A stretch of DNA of 64,000 nt from Takakia lepidozioides (taxonomy: Eukaryota; Plantae; Bryophyta): assembly GCA_030704615.1 (NCBI GenBank), contig CM060733.1, positions 7,192,001 to 7,256,000 of the forward strand. Reading direction: 5' to 3'. Below, in pieces: positions 1-11,002 of this stretch. Position 1 is the stretch's first letter. Every line of letters begins with the position of its first letter. Made by a program: the position numbers and the translations under genes. The notes beneath the pieces were generated by a model. That model had not been told where the DNA came from and made no database searches. It saw only the letters and a list, made by a program, of their open reading frames with translations.

Positions 1-900
1 GCAGTGTGTGTGCAAGCCTAGCAGCTCTGGAAAAGGGGAAAGAGGTCCATGGCGACATCTTCAAAGTTGGAATTGTACTAGATGTCATCATGAAGACTGC
101 CCTACCAAATGTGGGTGCATTAAGGATGCCAAGGGAGTTTTCAAGACTATGGCTAAACGAGATGTGGTGTCATGGAACTCAATGCTTGCAGGGTATGCAC
201 AGTAGGGGCGCGGGATGGAGGCCTTGGAATGATGTGTGAAGGGGTGAAGCCCGACCACATCACATCTGTGTGCGTTTGCACTGCGTGTGCAAGCCTGGCT
301 ACCTTGGAAAAGGGCAAAGAGGTGCATGATTGCATTGTCAAAGCTGGAATTGAGACAACCAAGGCAAAAAGATGAATGCCTGTCAGATTACCTGTCATTC
401 TGAACACTATGGCTGAACGAGATGTGGTGTCGTGGATTGTGATGTTTGCAGCGTATGCACAGCAGGGGTTCGGGATGGAGGCTTGGGAGACCTATGAGCA
501 AATGATGGGGGAAGGGGTGAAACCGCCCGCATAACGTTTTTGTGCGTTTGCAGTGCTTGTGCAAGCCTGGCAGCCTTGGAAGTGCAAAGAGGTCCATGGT
601 TGCATCGTCAAATCTGGAATTGTACCCGGTGTCATGCTCAACACTGCCCTGGTGGACATGTATGTCAAATGTGGGTGCATTAAAGATGCCAAAGGAGTGT
701 CTGACAGTATGGCTGAACGAGATGTGGTGTTGTGGAGTGCGATGATTGCATGATATGGACAGCAAGGGTGCGGGATGGAGGCTTTGTAGACCTATAAGCA
801 AATGATGTGCGAAGGGGTGAAGCCCAACCACATCACATTTGTTTGTGTTTGCAGTGTGTGTGCAAGCCTGGCAGTTCTGGAAAAGGGGAAAGAGGTCCAT
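1..900 (+). pseudogene. Degenerate PLS-class PPR gene fragment (frameshifts and stops), related to the intact DYW-PPR at 11-13 kb
   Basis: Repeating L/S/P motifs are split across frames: [63 protein letters not shown]. In-frame stops are present and there is no E/DYW end. The fragment begins before the window. Confidence 0.9.
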
Positions 901-1802
901 GGTCTGGGTGTTAGTACATTGAACGAAAACATCAGTTTAACCCTCGTAGGTGTCGCAAATGCTGTGAACAAGAGAGCTGGACATAGTACTTTTCTCATGT
1001 GTGGGTTTTCTTTAATGACAGGTGGAATTTGAAGACTGGTTGAAGCAAGGAGATATAAAGAGTACGATATGCGAGGAAGTTCAAAGAGAGTGTCCTGACA
1101 TCTTGGTCATGGGAAGCCATAGCCCATTGGTCATGGCTTTGGCACATTGCAACAGAATTGCATACTCTAACGACTAGCAGCCATAGTGTTTGAACGATAA
1201 TCAATACTGCTTGGTGTCTATATATTTCTGGTAGGATATTCACAAACTAAAAAGTTCCTTGAGCATTGCTGTCAGAATTTCTACCAATTGTGGGATGATG
1301 GCATCTGCATTCTTATTAACCGTGAGAAAGAAATATATTTTTTGGATTTACGATGTTTTTTTTACGATCTGTCATAGGTATGCCTATAAGAGTTTCTAGA
1401 GTGGGTTCATAAGACATAACAGGGATGGAGGATGCCTAATATGGACTTTGTCAATGCCCATGCAAGTGAATTATGAATCCAAATGTGACAAGAGTAGTTT
1501 GTTATTAGTGAGTCAACCGGTCATGTGCTGTGAAGAGGCCATTGCTGGGCCAAGACTGCTTATTTTTTGCCACTTGACAAAAAATATTTTGATAAATTCT
1601 CCAAAAATATGATTGGTCGTAGGGCTCAAGGTTCACATAAGCATTTTGATTGGTTCAACTTTGGCAACACTCTGCCATTCTTCTTGCGCGAAACAACGAA
1701 ACAGGAGATGTGTATTTTACAATTTTTTAATCCCTGCCCGGACTGCCTGCCCGAGAATGGCCAATACACCAAATTTTCCCAGAACGTGCCGGGTCTGCCC
1801 GG

Positions 1803-2355
1803 TTCTTGAAGTTGTTGCAGTTTTTAAACTGCAGGAGCTCTGCGTTTTCCGCCATCGTTCACCTTGCAATGAACGTTGATAATCCTTGTGAGTAGGCGGC
1901 TTCCCAATCACTGACGACGTTTCTTCTTCGATTTGACTCTCCTGGTAAAACCAAGCATTTCTGATCCTCCTAGTGGGAAACCTCTTAAGCTCCATAGATC
2001 ATAAACAACATTTCAAACATTTTTGTGTATCGACAGCCCTCTTATCTGCTGCAATGGCTGTTTGAGTGCAACAAATTCTTGAAGTTGTTGCAATTCTTGA
2101 ACTGCAGGAGCTCTGCGTTTCCCGCCATCATTCACCTTGCAAGCTGAGAGCTCTCAGCGAAGACCGTGGCTTTCCCTCATTTTGTCATTGGTAGTACGAA
2201 CGTTGATAATCCTTGTGAGGCTTAATTAGGCAGCTTTCCAATCTCTGACGACGTTGCTTCTTCGATCTGACTCTCCTGGTAAGAGTAAGGATTTCTAATC
2301 CTCCTAGTGGAAAACTTCTTAAACTCCATAAATCATAAACAGCTTTCAAACATTT
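1803..2355. repeat. Local direct duplication (~1803-2020 vs ~2077-2355)
   Basis: Shared blocks: ttcttgaagttgttgca...aactgcaggagctctgcgttt, gaacgttgataatccttgtgag, cctcctagtgg...ctccata.atcataaaca. Confidence 0.8.
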
Positions 2356-2571
2356 AGGTCTAAGTTCAGCAATCAATTATGCGAATGTTTGCTTGTAATA
2401 GGAAAAAGAATGGGCAAACCAACACCAAAAGAAATGTGCAAATTCTTCTTGTTTCAATATGATTGAGGGATCTTCTGTGTATGTTGTCTCTTTGATTGTC
2501 ACAAGTAATTCACCAGTCAATGCTGAGATTGTGGTGGTGCAGTCCGGGCTCACATCTGTTTGTGATGTGGC

Positions 2572-3230
2572 TAGTGGCCACTGCTTGAGATAGGCAGACA
2601 TCCCTGGTACCCACAAGAAATCTGTATCAAACATGTCATGTCTGTCATGACACTTTAGAGGTACTAGAAAACAAATGCAGTTGTCTCATATGGCAAGATC
2701 AACAAGAAAAAAATAAACAAACAGGTTGTTGGACACAAATGTATATCGAACAAGGAAATCACACCAATTAGATGATGACTTGACATGTGTGTGTTGGCAA
2801 GTAAATCACAGAAGGAAGCATTCCAAAAGTATCTGCAGGCAAGCATTGTACACCATCAACTTGCATCGGCTCTTGGAAGTGGAAAGGTCGATCAACAATA
2901 GGTACACAAAAATCCAGCTTATCCTGGTACATTAAAATTTAGCTTTTGATGATTTGAGTCTGGCCACTGCCTGAGACAGGTTGACATCCCTAGTACCCAC
3001 AAAGAAACTATAACAAACCTGTCATGTCTGTCATGATACTTTAGAGGTACTAGAAAACAAATGGAGTTGTCTCATATGGCAAGATGAAGAAGAAAAAAAC
3101 AAACAAATAGGTTCTTGGACACAAATGTATATCGAACAAGGAAATCACACCAATCAGATGATGACTTTGACATGTGTGTGTTGGCAAGTAAATCACAGGA
3201 GGAAGCATTCCAAAAGTATCTGCAGGCAAC
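2572..3230. repeat. Local direct duplication (~2572-2840 vs ~2960-3230)
   Basis: Near-identical blocks: tggccactgc.tgaga, tgtcatgtctgtcatga, ggacacaaatgtatatcgaacaaggaaatcacaccaat, gcattccaaaagtatctgcaggcaa. Confidence 0.9.
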
Positions 3231-3565
3231 TAGTGTTCTAGAAGCTCTCACAACAGGCACTTCTCTTCTGTCCTTTGCCCTATTTCACATACCTTGTGTT
3301 TTATTGTAAAAGTTGCAAAATTATGATATATCTCAGAAAGTTGCAAATAGTGCCTCGGTTACTAGGAGAATATTTGAAATTGAGGTAAGAAGAGTATGGA
3401 ATTTAAGGTCCCTGTGTTTGGTTGCCTAGCATCACATGCACATTATAGCAATTCTGACTGGACAGTTGCTGCTTTAATACTCGCACTTAGGAGTACATGA
3501 GGCAAGTAGTAGGGCCTTCTAGATCCTGGCCCTTCCTTCTTACCAAAGAAGAGAAAAAGATAGAC

Positions 3566-3651
3566 TTTGTAGCACTTTCTCTTGGCCCCATACGAATAGC
3601 CTACCAGCATTAGCCCGTGTCTCACCAAAATCATTTCATAAGCTAGAAAAT
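3566..3651 (-). pseudogene. Isolated, disrupted exon of an axonemal dynein heavy chain (AAA2 P-loop region)
   Basis: YEMILVRHGLMLVGYSYGAKRKCYK matches the dynein heavy chain QLYExxxVRHGLMLVGxxxxxKT motif. It is bounded by gcag| and |gt. There is a stop/frameshift at the 5' end, and no other dynein exons were recognised. Confidence 0.75.
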
Positions 3652-3859
3652 CTGCATCCAAGAAACGGGACTTTCTAAATGCATATGACGAGCATGACTA
3701 GTCCACATAGGTTGTTTCTTCCATTCACCAACTAGAGCTAAATTCATCTGACACAATCATGACTAGCCAGTAACCGTGCATCTGCAACAGTAAAACTTAC
3801 CTGGCAGTTGCCCGAGCCGCATCTTAGCCCCAACAATGCCCAGAATGTAGTTTCCATCA

Positions 3860-6800
3860 ACTGACCCCACCATCTGATCTTGAATTCATCTCGTCAGGAG
3901 CTTAAGGAAGGGATGCCAAACTCACCCCGAACAGCCACATTGGCTGTTTTGGAGCATGCTGACATGCACTCTTTAAACACCCCATATAGCAGATCCGTAC
4001 TCCAAAGCAGGCTTTGTCTGCGTTAGCACTAAGGGTCCCCTCTGTGGGCATGTAAACACAACCCACAAAGAAGTCCTTCGTATTCATGTCGCCCTTCAGT
4101 TTCATCTTTAGCCAGATACTATGTTCATACCTCAAACCCTTGTTGATAATTTCACAATTGTCAAACAAGAAATCACGGACAAAGAATCCAACCTCTTTTT
4201 GACCGCGTCTGGCAAAGGTTGCCTTGAGAGTACACATCTTACCTGCCCATTTATAACCAATGACATCTCCAACCAGTTCATATCATTAGTCCGAAGAACT
4301 TGTCCCACTTTGAGTTGTTTCCTTTGGTTAGTTAGCCCTGTGAGGTTAGATTGTGACCAGCCGCAAGCCAGCGCTTTGCATGTGAATTGTTTGTCGTCTA
4401 AGTAGCTTAAGATTGCTCCTGGATGGCCAAGCATTCTGCAAAAAGGGGACAGTTACCCCGTGTGTAGACTTTACTCGTACCAAATCCTTCAGTTACATGA
4501 CGTTCAGACTCCGTACACTTAGGGTGAGACTACCCCGGACAGTGAATCAGAAAATGAATATTGTCTTTGGGATGCCCACACAAGTCGTGAGGAGAGGGAC
4601 TTGGCTGAGCAATGCTGGTGAAGCATGTATGTGCAATGTGTGGTATCAGTACTCCAACTCATGAAGTGGAGGATTGATCAATTCAGATGGTGTGTCTTGG
4701 AAGTTTTACCTTTTGGTGAGTACAACCTGATCTCTAATGGAAGACGATTAATTAACTGTCTGGAAGAGCTTCAGATTTCAACCCTGAACAATAGGTCAAA
4801 AGGTGACCCGATCCATTGTGGATTATATCATAGTGGACAAGAATCTGTTTCCCCAGAGTGCCAATGTGTTAATTGACAGAACTGATATTGGTACCTCTGA
4901 CCACTTTCTGGTTTGGACTGAGATCAAAAGGTGTTTCCCCAACACCAAGAGATCTGTGAAACGTTCGATACAAAAGTGGCGCATTGGAAAAATCTGAAAT
5001 GAAGAGGTCAAGGCTGAGTATGTCCGGGCCTTGCAAGAGGCTCTGCCAAACTTTGTCCATTTGCTCCAAGACCTTCAATCTTGCACTGGCAATGCAAGAA
5101 ATGAAGTCGAAAGATCGGTGGACTCTTGGGAGAGTTTCGTTTTCTTCTGTAGCTGAAAAAGATCGTTGGGAGGAAAGTAATTGTCTGCGGTAGAGGTGTT
5201 AATTGGTGGACCAATGAGATCAAACTCAAGATTGCCGAGAGACGAGCCCTCTATAAAGAATGCTGCAGAATGAAAGCCAATAATGACCTTTGGGTTAGGT
5301 ACCACCAGCTCCGCAAGGATATCAATCAGCTTGTAAGGTCTCAGAAGAAACTATATTGGGATAAGTTTTACAACATAGACCAAGGTGTAGCTGTAACTGT
5401 AACTAGGATGCAAACATCCAAAAAGTTGTTCAAATTGGCAAGGGCAAAGCGCTGAGTCTCACTAAATTTTTTCACTGCAGAGGGTTTAACTCTGAGGTTA
5501 AGAAAACCTTGCTTTGCCGCGTTTTTAGATCTGCCTTGGAGTACGGATCTTAAGCTCCCGACGAGATGAATTCAAGGTCAGATGGTGGGGTCATTTGCAA
5601 CACATGTCCAACACCAGATACCCTAAGTTAATCGACTCTATATCTTGGAAACATGACCGCCCTGTCAAACAGGCTAAGTCTTGCCAGAAGAGAGTAGAAG
5701 AGATTCAAATGAAGTTAGGTAGAAAATTTCCCTGAATCTGTTTCCAGTCTGTGATATGGGGGAGGATATCATGGATGACCTCAAGGGTCTACCCACTCTC
5801 GGCACCAGACTGAATTTAAACTCAGGGCAGGAAGCCTACCTTTGAACAGTAAACAGAAGCAGAGAGGAAAGGGAGAGTGCAATTGCCTGTTCCCATTGTA
5901 AAATATTTTGTAAGATAGTGCTTGTTGCTCCAATTTTGTTTCCGGGAACAATGTACAACATCTGTAACTCTACAAGTGTGAAACTTGACCCTACCTTTCC
6001 TTGTATCTCGGTGGGCCTGCCTTCCCCAAAGGCACAAATGTTGATGTTGGCGGCACCAATCAAGAAGTCGTTAGATAGTTCCACTAAGTCGTTAGATAGT
6101 TCCACCATAATGATATCATTCTGGTGAAGACCTTTACCCACCCGGGCATTGAAGTCACCCAATAACACCACCTGACCCTTGGCAAGGAACTTAGCACAGT
6201 CCAACTAAGTTAAGAGTGCCAAATCCTACAGGTTCCTAACACTCAGCCTCAGCACACATTGGACATCGAACGTTTCACAGATCTCTTGGTGTTGGGAAAA
6301 CACATTTTGATCTCAGTCCAAACCAAGAAGTGGTCAAAGGTACCAATATCAGTTCTGTCGATCAACACATTGGCACTCTGGGGAAACAAATTTTTGTCCA
6401 TTATGATATAATCCACAATGGAACGTTCCCAAATTTGGGCTTTCTCACGAGTCCACTGCACTTGGTTACCTTTTGTCCTATTGTTCAAGGCCAAAAGCTG
6501 AAGCTCTTCCAGACAGTTAATTAATTGTCTGCCATTAGAGTTCAGCTCATCCTCACCAAAAGGCCCAATGATATCATCCTGATGAGAGACCTTTACCCAC
6601 CCGGGCATTGAAGTCACCAATAAAATCACCTGACCTTTGGCAAGGAATGAAGCACAGTCTAGCTTTACATCTTCGAAGGCTTTGTCTGCGTTAGCACTAA
6701 GGGTCCCCTCTATGGGCATGTAAACACAACCCACAAAGAAGTCCTTCATATTCATGTCGCCCTTCAGTTTCACCTTTAGCCAGATACTATGCTCGTACCT

Positions 6801-7446
6801 CAAACCCTTGTTGATAATTTCACAATTGTCAAACAAAAATCACGGACAAAGAATCTAACGTCTTTTCGACCGCGTTCGGCAGAGGCTACCTTGAGGGTAC
6901 ACATCTTACCTGCCCATTTATAACCAATGACATCTCCAACCAGTTCATATCATTAGTCCGAAGAACTTGTCCCACTTCGAGTTGTTTCCTTTGGTTAGTT
7001 AGCCGTGTGAGGTTAGATTGTGGCCAGCCGCGAGCCAGCGCTTTGCATGTGAATTGTTTGTCATCTAAGTAGCTTAAGATTGCTCCTGGATGGCCAAGCA
7101 TTCTGCAAAAGGGGGACAGTTTACCCCGTGTGTAGACTTTACTTGTACCAAATTCTTCAGTTACATGACGTTCAGACTTCATACACTTAGGGTGAGACTA
7201 CCCCGGACAGTGAATCAGAAAATGAATATTGTCTTCGGGATGCCCACACAACAAGCAATTGCACTCTCCCTTTCCTCTCTGCTTCTGTTTACTGTTCAAA
7301 GATAGGTTTCCTCCCCTGAATTCCTGCCTTGAAGGTGGGCTTTTCCAATGCTCTTCCAGACAGTTAATTAATCGTCTTCCATTAGAGATCAGGTCGTACT
7401 CACCAAAAGGTCCGATGATATCATTCTGGTGAAGACCTTTACCCAC
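3860..7446. mobile_element. Scrambled mosaic of non-LTR retrotransposon (LINE) fragments in both orientations
   Basis: APE endonuclease motifs: VGFFVR, FVGCVYMP, VVLLGDFNARVG, NGRRLINCLEE, SIVDYII, SDHFLVW. C-terminal zinc knuckle CLLCGHPEDNIHFLIHCP. 4010-4580 is directly duplicated at 6680-7250, and several blocks recur inverted. Confidence 0.88.
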
Positions 7447-10073
7447 CAGGGGTTCGTCGAATAGAGCGGCCTCTACGGTATATGGACATACCCTACCCTG
7501 GAAATTCAAAAAATACCCTTACCCTACCCTTGTCAGGGGTAATTATTTTTGTTATACCCTTAATGGATTATACCCTGGGGTTTGAAATTTCAAAAGATAC
7601 CCTTATCTTGAGGGTAAATCTATTCAATGGCCGGGTAATAGGGAAGGGTTTAGGTTTACGTGTGGTATAACTTTAAGGAAAAAAAAAAAAAAAAAAAGGA
7701 AACACCTGGGAGCGACAGCTCACAAATCAGGCCCCTTAGTTATAGTGAGAGGAAAAAATAACCTCTTTCAGAGTAACCTCGCCATGAAGGCTTACGCAGT
7801 GGACCTGCCCAGAGCATACCATAGCCATCAAGGTAGAAAGATACACTAAGTGCACTTTCCATCTGAGCTACCAACTGTTGGTAGGTGTGGTATTTGCTAG
7901 TAGAGAAGGCTAACACTAGCCTTTTATTTATTTTTTAATTTTTTTCCCCTTCTCCTCGACCGGTCCTTGCCATTCTCTCCTTTTCGCAAAACGCGTGTGC
8001 TGGTGGCGGTCCCTGCCACTGCTGAGCTCTCTCCTTCCCTCGGTCCCCGCCAATCTCTCTATCGTGCAAAGCGTATGCTTCTAAGCACTGGTGATTTTGG
8101 ACCTCATTATGTTCAAATGTGTTGTTTTGTTATTATATTTTAGGGCCATTAGAGGAGCATAAATGAGGGCTAAAATTTTGCTATTCATAAGCCACAAAAA
8201 AGTAAATAATTTGTTTTTTCAAAATAAAAGGCATAGCCAGTTAAATTCTATATAATGGGGATGTTACACAGTTGAAAAGATTTATTCTAAGTATTTAATA
8301 AAATTCACAAATTAAATTAATTCACCCTTTATAATTACCCTCGGATATCCAAGGATATAAAAATTGGTACCATTATCCTGCAATTACCCTTAACCTCATG
8401 GTATATCAGTGTGGCACCCAATACCCTTACCCTGAGGATAAATGTTTACCAAAAATTTATGTATACCCTTACCCGGAGGGTAAATATTTTCAACAAATAG
8501 ATTACACCCTTACCCTGAGGATAAGTTTGATCCCTAAAATCATATATACCCTTACTTTGAGGGTAGAAAAAATCAATATATTTACCTGATGGATAAATCA
8601 GGATAAGGGTAAATGATTTACCCGGGTTGGCCAATTTTCTTTACCCTTACCCCTACCTTGAGACGGGTAAATAATCTGAGATACCCTTACCTTTACCCCT
8701 CTGAAGGGTAAATAATATCCATATACCCTTTACCCACGGGTAAATATATATTTTTGGAGGGTAAATAGCAAAGGGGTAAATGACAAACTATAGCCTTTCT
8801 TGGGAGCTCAAGGGGCGTATGGTGTGATTAGCATTTTTGTTTTTTAAAATTTGCATTTGGAATCGAAAACTTAACTTGTGCAGGTAGTTATAAAGATGTT
8901 GGGAGGGCAGGAACGTGTTTCAAGTTCCATGACTGAACTCGATTGAGATATTAATTGTAAGCATAGCCAAGAAAGAGCTCCATCAAGCTCAGATTCGATA
9001 CGTAATTCAACCGCCCTGCTCCGCCTCTCTCTCCGACTGTTTTGGCTTCTCGCAAGCAGGGGAATGGGGGTAGGCTGACGGTCACATACAAGGGTCATTT
9101 TCGCTCTGCATGCATACGATTTCCAGCATTCATAATTTATCATCATTGAAGGGTATGGGCTTCCACCGTAACGGTCACCCATCTGCCTTTTCCTAGCGAT
9201 CTCGGGTTATTCTAGTTAATTCTAGGCTCTCGCTATTCCACATAGTTGTCAATCTAGTAATCGGACTGGGCTCATCCCTCATGCAATGAATGTGTCTTTT
9301 ACCTTCATGGTATGACAGGGTTTAATTTTTTCCCTACAATAAACCAAATGGCTTTATGCTCTTGGGAATTTTTTTTTAAAAAAAAAAATGCCCATTCAGC
9401 TGTCCCCTCTTTTCACTTCTTGGCCAATGAATCTAATCATGGAGAACTTCATAGAGGCTATACATTGATTATGTCATTTTATTAGTCATAGGCATTGAAA
9501 TTATATATTACATTGCATAGTCATATTTTTCCTTGTTCATTATTATCTTTACCTAGATCTTGGAGGCACTAGTTTCTCTTTCCTTATTATCTTTGTTTCA
9601 TTATTATCTATTACGTGGATCTTGGTGGCACTAGGTAGTTTTGTGGACGATGCATTCGCACATGGTCTTATTTGACTTTGTTTGATTATTATCTTTGGTG
9701 TGAAGAAACACTCTCACGATTGTCCCTCATATTATTGACAACATATAATACAATCAGCCTCATACTAAGCCAAAAAACAGAACAAAATTTGATTGCCTTA
9801 ATTATTAGTTTTTGAATTGAGCTTGACAAACCAAAAATTTATATATCCTTCTATATATATCCTTGATTTACCCGGTGGGTATAGAAAGGGTAAATCATTT
9901 ATCCTTACCCGGTATTTATCCTTACCTGGTCAAAAATATTGGCCTTTATCCTTTACCCGTAGGATAAATAAAGGGACATATAAATAAATTACACTTACCC
10001 GGAGGATAAATAATCCTCTGAATTTACCCTTACCCGGAGGATAAGCGAAAATCTATTCACCCGCACAACACTG
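7447..10073. mobile_element. Non-autonomous hAT-like DNA element(s) with dense TACCCT/AGGGTA subterminal repeats
   Basis: Dozens of (T)TACCC(T)/GGGTA(A) motifs at 7480-7650, 8330-8780 and 9860-10050. The right end CAACACTG is the same terminus as the hAT MITE at 44.5 kb. The left end CAGGGGTTCG...GAATAG loosely matches. No TSD was found, so it may be composite. Confidence 0.6.
7678..7880 (-). mobile_element. Possible tRNA-derived SINE remnant with a poly(T) tail
   Basis: The minus strand reads GGTAGCTCAGATGG (pol III A-box-like) near 7872 and ends in a ~19-nt T run. No clear B box. Confidence 0.35.
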
Positions 10074-11002
10074 GTGCAGACATCCCAGGTTTCTTTCTAC
10101 AATTTTGTAAAGCACCATTTCATTTCTACAACTTTGTGACTGTGATAAAAGTTGTTATGTTTATCATGTGCCTTCTTCAACCATTGTCTCTTGAGCTTGT
10201 TATGACAACCACACTGTGCTTTTTGGCAACTAATGATTGTCAGGGTGAACAGAGACCATAATTTACTGGAGTGTTTTATTTGTGTCTTGAATAATCCTTG
10301 TACTGTCCATCAATGTAGGTAGGAATGGAGGCTTTCCTTCCCGACCTGGGAGTGTGTAGGTGCAGACTTGAAAGAGTACTCTTCATGCTCCACCAATCAC
10401 AAGCATGACCAGAAGGGTAGTCTTCAGAGTAACTTATACTGCAATCATAGCTTCCAAAAGGACATACTAGATCTCGCCGCTGTTTTCCTTTTCTGGAATC
10501 TTGATGCAAATACTATCAAAAAAGGAGCAAGGTCATGAAGGCTTAAGACCTCATAGAGACGACCAAACCACTTGGTGGTCACCTCCAGTGTTTGCTGTCC
10601 ACAGAAACCCATGGGTCCTCAATGTCCTGCATGTGCAGACTAAAACACACCCTTAATCGCATATGCCCATGCAATGAAGTGCGAGTCCCCAACAGTGTAT
10701 TGACAAGAGAATCCAGTGATCTGCATGCTTGCACACTACTGGATGTTCCCTAGTCACTCCATCACCTCCAAGCATGCAGCCTCGCATCTTGTTGGGACTG
10801 CCTTGTTTCACCTTTTTAGCACGCAACTGAAAATTCATGTGTGCAGGGCCTGGAATAGCAACTTGGTGCTGCCATTGCTTCATAACTCGGGATCTTCTCA
10901 ATGCCTGATTTTGGATAATCGTGAATGGACTGAAAAGACCATCGGCCTTGCTTGGGATTAGTCATGAATGAAACAACATTTCATTCATGCCAGTTGCTTG
11001 AG

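Noticed and set aside
8871-9182. ORF with YECWKSYACRAKM, faintly like a transposase zinc finger
   Set aside because: Too short, with no other supporting motifs.
7480-10050. TACCCT repeats as a CRISPR array or interstitial telomere
   Set aside because: Motifs are short, irregularly spaced and in both orientations. There is no constant repeat-spacer period, the unit is not TTTAGGG, and the context is eukaryotic.
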